From an uncultured Gemmatimonadaceae bacterium (lineage in GTDB: Bacteria; Gemmatimonadota; Gemmatimonadetes; Gemmatimonadales; Gemmatimonadaceae), in assembly GCA_963790305.1 (NCBI GenBank), contig CAWBOC010000010.1, positions 320,001-384,000 of the forward strand: a stretch of 64,000 nucleotides of DNA, written 5' to 3'. Numbering within the stretch: position 1 is the stretch's first letter; the number at the start of each line of letters is the position of its first letter. Shown here piece after piece: positions 27,691-37,728 of this stretch. The notes below the pieces were generated by a model. The model saw only the letters and a list, made by a program, of their open reading frames with translations. It did no database searches and had not been told where the DNA came from. Both the position numbers and the translations under genes were made by a program.

Positions 27691-29658
27691 TTACGGTAGC
27701 CCGAATGCCACGACCCAGTCCCCACGCCCCCACACGCCGCCGCCGCCGGCGCTGACGACGACGTACTGCTTCCCGTTCACGCGGTAAGTCATGGGCGTGG
27801 CCTTGCCGCTCGCCGGAAGATCTCCGCGCCAGAGCTCGCGGCCCGTCTCGACGTCGAACGCCCGAATTGACCGGTCGAGCGTTGCCGCGATGAAAACCAA
27901 ACCGCCCGCCGTCACAATGGGACCGCCGAGGGTCGGGGAACCCCAGTTCGCGGGAATGGTGGCCCCCGCGGGAGCAAGACCGAGGACGGTGCCCAGCGGC
28001 ACCTCCCACACACGTTCGCCAGTCGTGAGGCTCACGGCGACGAGCGTTCCGAATGGCGGGGGAGAGCAGGGAAGCCCCGACGGCGCCCGGAGAATGCGAC
28101 GCCGCATAACGAATGGGGTGCCGCGCATGCGCGTGTATTCGAAGCCGAAGCGCTGACTCGCAACCCGCATGCTGTCGGTGTTGAGCTGCTCCACCGGGAT
28201 CAGCTGCACCATCGCCGCGAGGCGGTTTACCGGAACAATGGCGAGCTGGCGCGAAGGGTCGATGGCCACGCCACCCCAATGCGCGCCACCGATGTTCGAC
28301 GGCATGACGAGCGTTCCTTCCAGCGACGGCGGAGTGAAGATCCCTTCATTGCGCAGCGGCGAGATCGCCTCGAGGCAAGCGTCGCGATCGGCGGGTGTCG
28401 CGCCCCAGACCTCGTCCCGGCGAAAACGATGTGGACTGAGTGGCGGTGTGCGCACTGTGAACGGCTGCGTCCGCGATGCCGCTTCCCCTGGCACGGTGCT
28501 GGGTGGCACGGGGCGCTCCTCCACCGGGAACACCGGCGTGCCGGTCGCGCGGTCGAGCACGTAGAGCATTCCCGTCTTGGTCGCCTGCACCACGACGTCG
28601 ATCTCGCGCCCGCCGATGCGGACCGTCGTCAGCGCCGGAGGGGAGGCGTTGTCGTAGTCCCACAAATCGTGATGAACGGTCTGGAAGTGCCAGACGACCT
28701 CCCCCGTCGCCGCCCGGAGCGCAACGATGGAGTTCGCATAACGGTTGTCGCCGCGCCGCTCGCCTCCGTAATAGTCTGGACTCGGGCTTCCGGTCGGCAC
28801 GAACACCAGACCACGCGCGCTGTCGGCGGCGATCACCGACCAGGCGTTCGCTGCACCTGTCGTGTGTGCGCGGTCGCCGATCCAGGTTGCATAGGCCGGA
28901 TCGGTTGGCTTCTGCGGAACGGGATCCCACGTCCAGCGCAGCACTCCCGTTCGCGCGTCGAACCCGCGGACCTCGCCGCTCGCGGCGTCGGCGCGGTTGT
29001 TGTCGGCTACCGCCGAGCCAACGACGAGAAGCCCGCCCACGATCGCGGGTGGTGACGTCACCTCGTACTCGGCGGTCTCGAACGGTGGATTGCGCAGACC
29101 AACACGCAGGTCGACCGTGCCGTTCGTTCCGAAATCGAGGCAGGGGCGCCCGGTGAGCGCATCGAGCGCGATGAGGCGCGCGTCGATGACCGCCACGAAG
29201 ATGCGTCGGCGACAGGACGCAGTCGGCGCGGCCGATGGATCGAGCCACGTCGTGACGCCGCGGTTGGTGAAATCGCCGAAATTGATGCGGCGATCGACTT
29301 GTGGATCGTAGACCCAGCGCTCGACGCCCGTGGCGGGATCGAGCGCGATCACGCGACCGAGCGGTGTCGCGAGGTACATCGCCCCGTCGACGACGAGCGG
29401 AGTCGCCTCGAGGGAGGTTTCACGACGCGTCGCGAAGGCGGAGTCGGTTTCCCTGGTGCGGTACGTCCAGGTCACCCGGAGCTGCGCTACGTTGTCGCGA
29501 GAGATGTCGTCGACGGGCGCATAACGACTCCCTCCGGGGTCGCGCCCGTAGCTGCTCCAGTCGACTGAGCCCGCCTCCGCATCCGGGCGCGGCGGAAGCG
29601 TCGACTGCGAGTGACAGGCGAGGAGCGCGGCGATCGCCAGATACGTCGCCTGCCTCAC
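27691..29658 (-). CDS. PQQ-dependent (quinoprotein) glucose/quinate dehydrogenase-like lipoprotein
   Basis: GTG start overlapping the upstream TGA; LLAC lipobox; W..YGRD.GGSRY, EATPL, QTVHHDLWDYD, GGPIVTAGGLVF, ATPMTY. Confidence 0.9.
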   Translation of the reverse strand: MRQATYLAIAALLACHSQSTLPPRPDAEAGSVDWSSYGRDPGGSRYAPVDDISRDNVAQLRVTWTYRTRETDSAFATRRETSLEATPLVVDGAMYLATPLGRVIALDPATGVERWVYDPQVDRRINFGDFTNRGVTTWLDPSAAPTASCRRRIFVAVIDARLIALDALTGRPCLDFGTNGTVDLRVGLRNPPFETAEYEVTSPPAIVGGLLVVGSAVADNNRADAASGEVRGFDARTGVLRWTWDPVPQKPTDPAYATWIGDRAHTTGAANAWSVIAADSARGLVFVPTGSPSPDYYGGERRGDNRYANSIVALRAATGEVVWHFQTVHHDLWDYDNASPPALTTVRIGGREIDVVVQATKTGMLYVLDRATGTPVFPVEERPVPPSTVPGEAASRTQPFTVRTPPLSPHRFRRDEVWGATPADRDACLEAISPLRNEGIFTPPSLEGTLVMPSNIGGAHWGGVAIDPSRQLAIVPVNRLAAMVQLIPVEQLNTDSMRVASQRFGFEYTRMRGTPFVMRRRILRAPSGLPCSPPPFGTLVAVSLTTGERVWEVPLGTVLGLAPAGATIPANWGSPTLGGPIVTAGGLVFIAATLDRSIRAFDVETGRELWRGDLPASGKATPMTYRVNGKQYVVVSAGGGGVWGRGDWVVAFGLP

Positions 29659-32213
29659 TGACCTACCGCCTCCGCCGCGGGTACCGTGATTCTTGCCGCA
29701 TCCCAGCTCTCCAGACCTCGCGTGTTCACCGCCCGAACCGCGATCTCGCTTCCGGGCGCGACCCCGGTCAGCGTTGCACGCGGTGTCGTGACCGTGAGGG
29801 TGCGCGCGGTGCCTGGTCCCGGAGGGTCGACGCGGACGGAGTAGCGTGCGTGATCGCGCTCGGGTGCAGCCGCCCAGCGGATCTCGATGCGATCGCCGGC
29901 CTGCCTGACGAGCTCGAGCCCGGTCGGGCGCGCGGGACTCGACGCGAGCAACATGATCGACGCCGCCGTCGTTTTGCTCACCTCGGCGACCAGACGGTGG
30001 TTGATCGTCTCGAGAACGTCGTGCGGCTGGTGATAGTGCGGGTTTCCCAGAATGGGATATGAGCCAATGCCGCCGACGATGTCGCCATAGACCTCGTAGT
30101 ACGCATGCGCGTCCGTGTTGCGGTAGTACTTGGCGTCGTAGGTGATGAGATCGGTGAACAGAAACGCCGCGGCGTGCTGGAGATCGCGGATGCCCGCGTT
30201 GGAGTAGCGGATGGTGTTGTCGAGGCGCTCGTCGTTCGTCCAGCCGATCATGTCGTTGTTGAGCGCACCGGCGATCTTGTCGTTGTTCGCCACCGCGCGC
30301 CGCACGAACTCCCGGCTGCCGAACAGGCCGGCTTCTTCGCCGGTGAACCATGCGAACTTGATCGTCGCGGCTTGCGGCCGACGCGCGAGCACGCGGGCCA
30401 CGTCGAGCAGCGCCGTCGTGCCTGAGGTGTTGTCATCGGAGCCGGGTCCCTCCTCGACGGAATCGAAGTGGCTGCTGATGACGTAGATCAGGTCGGGACT
30501 GACTCGCCCGCGTAGCGTCGCGATCACGTTCGCGGTGCGCACGCCCGGCTGTGGCTCGAACCACTGTATCTCCGGCTCGTATCCGAAGGAGCGCAGGGTG
30601 CCGGCAATGTACTCGATCGCGAGGCGATTGCCCGGCTGCGTGATGTACTTGGACCCGAACTGGTAGAGTGAGCGCTGGTATTCGTAAATGCGCTCCACCG
30701 AAATGCCGCGTAACGCGGTGCGCACGCCGCTGTCGATCGCGGCGAACATGCGGCGGCCACGAGCGCGCAGGTCTCGCTCGGCGGCCCCACTGGCGCGCAC
30801 GCGAGCAAGGACGTCGGCGCGCGAGTACGTGCGATCGAGATCGAGGAGGATGACGCTGCGCTCGGGCGAGATGGTGTCGCCGTCTCGATCGGTGACGATC
30901 AGGATCTTCGTACCGTCGGGGCTCACGGCCCATTCATACTCCGGCGCGACCGTTCGCACGGTGTTGTTGTGATGCAGGCGCGTGGCGTGGCCGCTCGCGG
31001 CATCGTACATGTACGTCCGGCGGTGACGTGGCTCTCCCTTCACGGCCAGCACCCGGTTGCCGGACAGCCACCGCGGAAGGACGTCGTGCTGAATCTCGCG
31101 CGACAACCGGAGGTCGCCCTGTCCATCGCGTCCAATGACGAACAGCTCCCAGTCGTCGCGCAACATGACGACGTGGGCGATGCGCTGGCCGTCGGGGGAG
31201 GGGACAGGCGTCGCCATCGGTCGCGCACTGCGCTTGACGACCGTCGGTTCCCCGCCCCCCACCGTCAGCGCCGAGATCGTGAACTCACTCCCGGCGCGTG
31301 AGAGAAACGCGAGGGTCGACCCATCCGCCGACACGGCCGGCGAGGTGCCCGCGAATGTTCGCGTCGCGCCGGAGGCGACGTCGCGAATCGAGACAGAGTC
31401 ACTTCCGAGCGCGTACACGACATGGGTTCCGCCGGCTGTGAACACCGGATTCGACTTGAGTCCCGGACCTGACGAGATCGGCCGCGGAGCGGCCGACGTG
31501 GAGAGCGCATAGACGTCGGTGCGTGCGCGATCGGCGGTCGGTCCACCCACGACGTGCAGCGTCGATCCGTCGAGGCTGAACACCAGCGCGCGCTTCGCGA
31601 GGTCCGGCGCTCGCAGCTCTTCGGTGGTACCGGTGCGAAGGTCGCGAGCCATGATGCGCGCGGCTTCCTGCTCGAGGCGCGTGACTTCCTGTCGCTGGCG
31701 CTGAAGGCGCGCAAACTCCTGTGCGCGTAACAGGGAATCGGCGAGCGACCGCGCCGCGCGCAGCTCCTGCGTCTCCTCGATCGCGAGATAGGCCACGCGA
31801 TCCCCAACGGGAGAGAAGACGAGGGCAACCCCGCTGATCGACGCCACCCTTCGCACAGAATCCCCGTCCAGAGCGACCACGTTCGTCACTCGGCCTCCAT
31901 TGGTCGTGAAGGAGGCGTAGCGACCGTCGGGGCTCCATCGCGGCGCCTGGCCATCGGGTGCCACCGAGATCGTGCGATAGAGCTCGCCGGTGAGCAGCGC
32001 AATCGGCTCGAGGACGCGATCACCCTCGGCCGAGGTGAGGAGGCGTTCGAAACCGGCCAGCGCCGTGGGATAATCGCCGCGCTGCCAGGCGTAGAACGCG
32101 GTGTCATAGCGAGCACGCACGCTCGCAGGAAGGGAGTCGCGAGCCCCCTGCGCGGCAGCCGAGCCGATGAACGAAAGGCCGATCACGAGCGACGCGAAAC
32201 GCAGGAGCGGCAT
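29655..32213 (-). CDS. M28 metallopeptidase with TolB/PD40 beta-propeller and C-terminal FN3-like domain
   Basis: WSPDG/SPDG repeats; SHFDS, GSDDNTSG, GEEAGLFGS, NNDMIG, HYHQPHD. Confidence 0.88.
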   Translation of the reverse strand: MPLLRFASLVIGLSFIGSAAAQGARDSLPASVRARYDTAFYAWQRGDYPTALAGFERLLTSAEGDRVLEPIALLTGELYRTISVAPDGQAPRWSPDGRYASFTTNGGRVTNVVALDGDSVRRVASISGVALVFSPVGDRVAYLAIEETQELRAARSLADSLLRAQEFARLQRQRQEVTRLEQEAARIMARDLRTGTTEELRAPDLAKRALVFSLDGSTLHVVGGPTADRARTDVYALSTSAAPRPISSGPGLKSNPVFTAGGTHVVYALGSDSVSIRDVASGATRTFAGTSPAVSADGSTLAFLSRAGSEFTISALTVGGGEPTVVKRSARPMATPVPSPDGQRIAHVVMLRDDWELFVIGRDGQGDLRLSREIQHDVLPRWLSGNRVLAVKGEPRHRRTYMYDAASGHATRLHHNNTVRTVAPEYEWAVSPDGTKILIVTDRDGDTISPERSVILLDLDRTYSRADVLARVRASGAAERDLRARGRRMFAAIDSGVRTALRGISVERIYEYQRSLYQFGSKYITQPGNRLAIEYIAGTLRSFGYEPEIQWFEPQPGVRTANVIATLRGRVSPDLIYVISSHFDSVEEGPGSDDNTSGTTALLDVARVLARRPQAATIKFAWFTGEEAGLFGSREFVRRAVANNDKIAGALNNDMIGWTNDERLDNTIRYSNAGIRDLQHAAAFLFTDLITYDAKYYRNTDAHAYYEVYGDIVGGIGSYPILGNPHYHQPHDVLETINHRLVAEVSKTTAASIMLLASSPARPTGLELVRQAGDRIEIRWAAAPERDHARYSVRVDPPGPGTARTLTVTTPRATLTGVAPGSEIAVRAVNTRGLESWDAARITVPAAEAVGQ

Positions 32214-32289
32214 TGATGTTCGTCCGGAGAGAGTCGGTGCGGGAAGCTAACGCTCTCGCACGATCCCTGCACATTGCGCATGTTCACGT

Positions 32290-34167
32290 ATGCGCCGCAC
32301 CGGATCATTGTCGCTCGAGCACAAGTTGCCGCTGCTGATGACGGCGGTGTTGCTCGTGGTGCTGGCCGCATCGCTCGTCCTGACGTACCGCACGTTGTCC
32401 CAAAGCAGCGCGGCGGATGCACGCGAGCGGCTCACCGAAGCCGTGGAACAAGTCGCGGCAAGCGCGGAGGTTTCAATTCGGCGGCGGGCGGCCCTTCTCG
32501 CCGATCTTGCGCGCGACCCCTCCCTCCTGGCCGCGCTCGAGGCCTCCGACACTGGAGCGTACGCATCGGCTCGTCGGGTCCTGAGTCGCCTCACGGCTCC
32601 CGCGGATTCGGGGCTTCCCATTGAGCTGTGGAACTCACGGGGCGAGCGTCTCGTCTCGACCAACCCCGATTCCGATTCATTACGCGGCGAGGTGCCTGAG
32701 GCTGTCCGCTCGGACGTGCTGCGAGCGCTAACGGAACGCCGCACCTCGGACTCGGTGCGCTTGAGCATCCTCTATCCGACCGGCGATCGCATCGCGTTCT
32801 GGATCGTCGCGCCGGTCGTTCGTGGCCAAACCACCTACGGGTACGCCGCGCAACTCCTCCGAGTCGCCGGGGCTCGTAATGCATCACAAACCCTTCGAGA
32901 GCTCACGGGCGAGGATGTGACGCTCTTCGTACGCAACGCGGCCGGCGACGTGTGGGCGCGCCTTCCGGGCGCTCGAGTCGCCGCGCCAGCGGCGCGCGAT
33001 TCGGCGGAGAGGGAGCTGACCTACACGCGTGGGGGCGGACGCTTGATGGCGTCGGAGGCCTCGGTCGCCGGAACGCCGTGGGTGTTCGTGCTCGAGGCGC
33101 CGCTGGAATCGGTGCAGGCAGGGCCTCGTCGAACGGTGATGAGGCTTGCGCTGCTCAGCATTGCGCTGATGGCGCTCGGCGCAGCGCTGTCGTGGCTCAT
33201 CAGCCGCAGGATCACGCGTCCGCTGGGCGCACTCACCGTCGCGGCCGAGGCGATCGCGAATGGCGAGTACACCCGTCGCGTGCAGGTAACGGGGCGCGAT
33301 GAGATCGGGCGCCTGGCCGAAAGCTTCAATCAGATGGCGAGCCAGATCGATGCCTCACGACGCGAGCTCGAGGCCGGCGTGCAGGACGCGCGTCGCGCGC
33401 GCGAGGAAGCCGAGGCGGCCAACCGCGCCAAGAGCGACTTTTTGGCGGTCATGAGTCACGAGCTGCGGACCCCGTTGAACGCCATCGGCGGGTACGCGCA
33501 GCTGCTGGAGATGGGCATTCACGGTCCCGTCACGGACGAGCAGCGGGATGCGCTGGGGCGTATCAACCGCAGTCAGGCGCATCTCCTGTCGCTGATCAAC
33601 GACGTGCTGAACTTCGCGAAGATCGACGCTGGTCAGATCGAGTTCCACATGACCGACGTACCGCTGGACGACGTGATGTCGGAGCTGGAGGCGATCGTCG
33701 CGCCGCAGGTTCGCGCCAAGGCGCAGCGGCTCGAGATGCCCGAGTGCGACGGCGACCTGTGGGTGCGCGCCGATCGCGACAAGCTCCGCCAGATCCTGCT
33801 CAACCTCGTCTCCAACGCCGTGAAGTTCACACCGGAAGGGGGCCGCATCGTGCTGGACTGCGCGCGCGCCGGCGATCTCCTCCGGCTGCGCGTGAGCGAC
33901 ACGGGAATCGGGATTCCCGAGGATCGCGCGCGATTGATCTTCGAGCCGTTCGTGCAGGCGGGACGCGCGCTGAACCGCACGCACGAAGGCGTGGGGCTCG
34001 GGCTGGCCATCAGTCGCGACCTCGCCCGCGCGATGGGCGGCGACATCACCGTCGAGAGCGACGTCGGGCACGGCTCGGTGTTCACAGTGACGTTGCCGAA
34101 GGCGGAAGGCGACGGTGCTCGAGGTGCTCGGGGTGCTTCAGACCGCCTGCGCTCGAATGTCCTGTAG
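32290..34167 (+). CDS. Membrane sensor histidine kinase (HAMP-HisKA-HATPase)
   Basis: DEIGRLAESFNQM, MSHELRTPLNAI, NLVSNAVKFT, DTGIGI, GLGLAI, GSVF. Confidence 0.93.
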   Translation: MRRTGSLSLEHKLPLLMTAVLLVVLAASLVLTYRTLSQSSAADARERLTEAVEQVAASAEVSIRRRAALLADLARDPSLLAALEASDTGAYASARRVLSRLTAPADSGLPIELWNSRGERLVSTNPDSDSLRGEVPEAVRSDVLRALTERRTSDSVRLSILYPTGDRIAFWIVAPVVRGQTTYGYAAQLLRVAGARNASQTLRELTGEDVTLFVRNAAGDVWARLPGARVAAPAARDSAERELTYTRGGGRLMASEASVAGTPWVFVLEAPLESVQAGPRRTVMRLALLSIALMALGAALSWLISRRITRPLGALTVAAEAIANGEYTRRVQVTGRDEIGRLAESFNQMASQIDASRRELEAGVQDARRAREEAEAANRAKSDFLAVMSHELRTPLNAIGGYAQLLEMGIHGPVTDEQRDALGRINRSQAHLLSLINDVLNFAKIDAGQIEFHMTDVPLDDVMSELEAIVAPQVRAKAQRLEMPECDGDLWVRADRDKLRQILLNLVSNAVKFTPEGGRIVLDCARAGDLLRLRVSDTGIGIPEDRARLIFEPFVQAGRALNRTHEGVGLGLAISRDLARAMGGDITVESDVGHGSVFTVTLPKAEGDGARGARGASDRLRSNVL

Positions 34168-35136
34168 CGCGCGCTGCACGTGGACGCGCACCATCTCCTT
34201 TCGCCAGGCGAGCGTGAAGTCGGTGTTGTCCATCGGCTTCGCGGGACGGTAGGCGGCGTCGGCGGCGGCCCCGATCGCGCTTTCATCCAGCCGCGTTCCC
34301 ACGATCGCCTCCGCGGCGGCGGGAATCTCCTGCGGGTAGGAAGCGATGGCGCCGAGCACGATGCGGGCACTGCTGACGCTGCCATCGCGCGCGAAGTCGA
34401 CGCGCACGGCGACACCCAGCACCGGAAAATCGAACGCGTCGCGTCGCCGAAGCTTCCGATAGGTGGCGCGCCAGCCGCCGTTCACCAGAGGCGGCAGGTG
34501 ATACGCGACGAGCAGCTCGTCAGGCGCCTTCTCCAGGTATTGAATGCCGTCGTTCCGGTAGAGACTCGCCGCGGGCAACCGCCGCGTGCCGCGCACCGAC
34601 ACGACCGTCACCTCGGCGCCTAACGCCACGGCGACTGGAACGCCGTCCGAGGACTGCACGGCCCAGCATCGTGGACTGGACGGGGCGACCCAGCAGATCT
34701 CGCCGTCGCGCTTCATGCAGAAGTTGATCGCCTTCCGCCACTCGTAGTTCTGGTCGTAGTAGTTGCACCGCGTGTCGAGCAGCAGGTTCCCGCCGATCGT
34801 GCCCATGTTGCGAAGAATGGGCGTCGACACGACGTGGGCGGCGTGCGAGACTGACGGGTAGCGGGCGCGAATGACCTCGTGCGTGGCGAGCTCGGTCAGC
34901 GTAACGCAGGCGCCGATCGTGAGGCCGCTCTCCGGCGCGCCGGTGATCGCGCGCAGCTCCCCGATGCGGTGCAGGGCGATCACGGTCGCCGGCGTCTGCT
35001 GCCGGCGCTTCATGTTCGGATAGAGATCCGTTCCGCCGGCCACGTAGGCGACGTCGGGCATTGCCTCCGTGAAGAGGCGGACCGCTTCGCCGACCGTGGC
35101 CGGCTCGTGGTATGTGAAGCGGGGGAGGCGAAGCAT
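34138..35136 (-). CDS. hcrB: FAD-binding subunit of a xanthine oxidase-family enzyme with [4Fe-4S] insertion (4-hydroxybenzoyl-CoA reductase beta-like)
   Basis: AGGTDL, LRNMGTIGGN, four-Cys insert RCNYY..C..C..C, KLRRRDAFDFP. Confidence 0.75.
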   Translation of the reverse strand: MLRLPRFTYHEPATVGEAVRLFTEAMPDVAYVAGGTDLYPNMKRRQQTPATVIALHRIGELRAITGAPESGLTIGACVTLTELATHEVIRARYPSVSHAAHVVSTPILRNMGTIGGNLLLDTRCNYYDQNYEWRKAINFCMKRDGEICWVAPSSPRCWAVQSSDGVPVAVALGAEVTVVSVRGTRRLPAASLYRNDGIQYLEKAPDELLVAYHLPPLVNGGWRATYRKLRRRDAFDFPVLGVAVRVDFARDGSVSSARIVLGAIASYPQEIPAAAEAIVGTRLDESAIGAAADAAYRPAKPMDNTDFTLAWRKEMVRVHVQRALQDIRAQAV

Positions 35137-37688
35137 CAGCCGTTCCTGCGTGGAGCGGGGCCGGCCGCGGCGGTCGTCTCACCCGCCTGCTCGACGGGGC
35201 CGCCAACCTCGCTATGCGTGCGTCCATCTTCTTCCCGGCCAGTGCCGCCCTGCGCGGGTGTCCGCACGCGCGCGACCTCCGGGAACGCGTAGGTAGGCAT
35301 GGCGCTCGGTCCGAAGCGGCCGACGTTGCCTTTCATCTTGTCCTTGAGCGCCTTGAGCACTTTGTGCGGAGAGCAGGGGATCTCGTCGATGCGAACGCCG
35401 ACGGCGTCGTAGATCGCGTTCGCCACGGCTGGCATCACCGGTAGTAGCGGACCCTGGCCGGCCTCCTTCGCGCCGAAGGGTCCACTCGGATCGGGATCGT
35501 GAACCAGGATCGTCTCGACATCGCACATCTCGAATGTCGTCGGGCTCTTGTACTCCAGCATGCTCGGATGGTGATGCACGACGTTCCGCACGCGATCGCG
35601 ATAGGTCATCTCTTCCATGAGCGCTTCGCCGAGACCCATGTACACGGAGCCCTCGACCTGTCCGATGACGAGCAGCGGATTGATCGACTGCCCGACGTCG
35701 TGCGCGATCCAGATCTTCGGCACCCGAACGATGCCCGTCTCAGGATCGACCTCGACCTCCGCCACCGCCGCCGTATACGAGTACGCGGGCGAAGGGCCTA
35801 CGCCGGCACCCTTGTATCGCCCTGGCGAGCGGGGTGGCGTGTAGGATCCAGTCGTCCCAACGGTTCCGAACATTCCTTCGGCGATCTGCACGGCCTCGGC
35901 GAACGTCACTCCCCGGTCGGGGGACTCGGCGTCGAACACGCGCCGCTCGGCGAACACGAGTCGCGACCTCGGGACGTTGAGCTTCCGCGATACGGCATCG
36001 GCGAGAGTGTCGCGGGCGCGCTCCGCGGCCTGCACCGCGGCATTACCGGTCATCAGCGTCACCCGCGATGAGTAGGAGCCGAGGTCGACGGGGGTGAGAT
36101 CGGTGTCACCGGTGATGATGCGGATGTCCTCCGGCTCGATGCCTAACACATCGGCCACGCAGTAGGCGAGCACCGAGTCCGAGCCCTGGCCGATGTCGGT
36201 GGAGCCGCAGAACGCGGCGACGCCACCGGAGCGGTCGAGCTTGAGCTGCACGCCGGAGTGCGGCATGCTGTTCCAGTAGATCGGCAGCCCGGCGCCGGAG
36301 ATGTAGGAGGAGCACGCCAGACCGACGCCGCGGCCGAAGGGCAGCTGGCGGTACTTCGTCTGCCACCCGCTCCGCTCGACCACCGCGTCGATGCACTCGC
36401 CAAGCCCCATCGAGCCGATGCGAAGCCAGTTCGCGGTCACGGAGTTCGCCGGCTGGAGGATGCGCTTTCGCAACACTGCCGGGTCGATCGAAAGATCCTC
36501 GGCGATCTTGTCGAGCTGACATTCGAGCGCGAAGCGCGGCTGCGGCGTGCCGTGGCCGCGCTTGGGGCCGCACGGAGGCTTGTTGGTGAAGACGCGAGCG
36601 CCCTGAAAGCGGTAGTGCGGCACCTCGTACGTCACGGTCTGCAGCGCACCCGTGTAATACGTGCTGGCGACCCCGTACGAGCCGTACGCCCCGCCGTCGA
36701 GGAACGAGGTGAAGTCCATCGCCACGATGCGACCGTCCCGCTTCACACCGGTCTTGATGCGCATGAGGGTCGGGTGGCGCCCGCGGTGGCAGTAGAACAC
36801 CTCTTCGCGGGTGAGCGAGATTTTCACTGGGCGCCCGGTGCGTCGCGCGAGTGCCGCGACCACGATCTCGTGGCTGAACGGATCGGACTTTCCGCCGAAG
36901 CCGCCGCCGTTCGGCGTGGCAATCACGCGCACGTGCGCCGCGGGCATCTCGAGCACCTTCGCCAGCGCGCGGTGCAGGTAATGGGGCGTCTGCGTGCTCG
37001 ACCAGACGGTCACCTTCCCATCGGGAAACCACTGTGCGAGGGAAGCGTGCTGCTCCATCGGCAGGTGCGTGTTTCCTTCGAAGAAGAACAGGTCCTCGCG
37101 GACATGATCCGCGGTCGCCATCTCGGCGTCGACGTTCCCGAACTCCAGGGCGATGTGCTTGTGGACGTTGCCGGCGTCGCCGTAGTCGTGGATGAGCGCG
37201 TTCGGCGTGTCGGCACTCCCCAACGCATCCTCGACGGACTCGATAGGCGGGAGCTTCTCGTACTCGATCTCGATGAGCTCGCAGGCGTCGGCGGCGGTGT
37301 CTTCATCGATCGCGGCGACCGCGGCCACCGGATCTCCGACGAAGCGCACGTGATCGGGGCAGAGCGCGTGCTCGTCCTGCGAAATGGGAAGAATCCCGAA
37401 TGGAATCGGCAGGTCGCGTCCGGTGAGCACGGCGACGACGCCGGGGTGCTGCTCCGCGCGTGAAACATCGATGCGAATGATGCGGGCATGCGGCTCGCGC
37501 GACCGCAGCAGCTTGCACCACAGCATCCGTGGCAGCGAGAGGTCGTCGGCGAATTTCGTCTCGCCCGTCACCTTGGCGGTGGCGTCGACCTTGCGGCGCG
37601 CGGTGCCAACAACCGAATGCGGAATGCGGATTGCGGAATTTGAATGACCGGCCGGCGCCTCTGACTGTTCCTTCGCCACGTCAGCCAT
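35136..37688 (-). CDS. hcrA: Molybdopterin-binding large subunit (4-hydroxybenzoyl-CoA reductase alpha-like)
   Basis: KVTG, GGGFGGK, RGHGT, DIGQGS, GSYSSRVT, GPFGAKEAG; order small-large-FAD subunit. Confidence 0.75.
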   Translation of the reverse strand: MADVAKEQSEAPAGHSNSAIRIPHSVVGTARRKVDATAKVTGETKFADDLSLPRMLWCKLLRSREPHARIIRIDVSRAEQHPGVVAVLTGRDLPIPFGILPISQDEHALCPDHVRFVGDPVAAVAAIDEDTAADACELIEIEYEKLPPIESVEDALGSADTPNALIHDYGDAGNVHKHIALEFGNVDAEMATADHVREDLFFFEGNTHLPMEQHASLAQWFPDGKVTVWSSTQTPHYLHRALAKVLEMPAAHVRVIATPNGGGFGGKSDPFSHEIVVAALARRTGRPVKISLTREEVFYCHRGRHPTLMRIKTGVKRDGRIVAMDFTSFLDGGAYGSYGVASTYYTGALQTVTYEVPHYRFQGARVFTNKPPCGPKRGHGTPQPRFALECQLDKIAEDLSIDPAVLRKRILQPANSVTANWLRIGSMGLGECIDAVVERSGWQTKYRQLPFGRGVGLACSSYISGAGLPIYWNSMPHSGVQLKLDRSGGVAAFCGSTDIGQGSDSVLAYCVADVLGIEPEDIRIITGDTDLTPVDLGSYSSRVTLMTGNAAVQAAERARDTLADAVSRKLNVPRSRLVFAERRVFDAESPDRGVTFAEAVQIAEGMFGTVGTTGSYTPPRSPGRYKGAGVGPSPAYSYTAAVAEVEVDPETGIVRVPKIWIAHDVGQSINPLLVIGQVEGSVYMGLGEALMEEMTYRDRVRNVVHHHPSMLEYKSPTTFEMCDVETILVHDPDPSGPFGAKEAGQGPLLPVMPAVANAIYDAVGVRIDEIPCSPHKVLKALKDKMKGNVGRFGPSAMPTYAFPEVARVRTPAQGGTGREEDGRTHSEVGGPVEQAGETTAAAGPAPRRNG

Positions 37689-37728
37689 TTGCCCTTGCCA
37701 GCGTTCCGCGTTCCGCATTCCGCATTCG
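37614..37728. repeat. Family C palindromic element (GGAATGC/GCATTCC heptamers) spanning the hcrC/hcrA junction, copy C1
   Basis: CGAATGCGGAATGCGGATTGCGGAATT ... GCGTTCCGCGTTCCGCATTCCGCATTCG. Confidence 0.8.

Noticed and set aside
34138..34167. 30-bp overlap of the convergent histidine kinase and hcrB-like genes
   Set aside because: Short 3' overlaps are common and the kinase tail is low-complexity.
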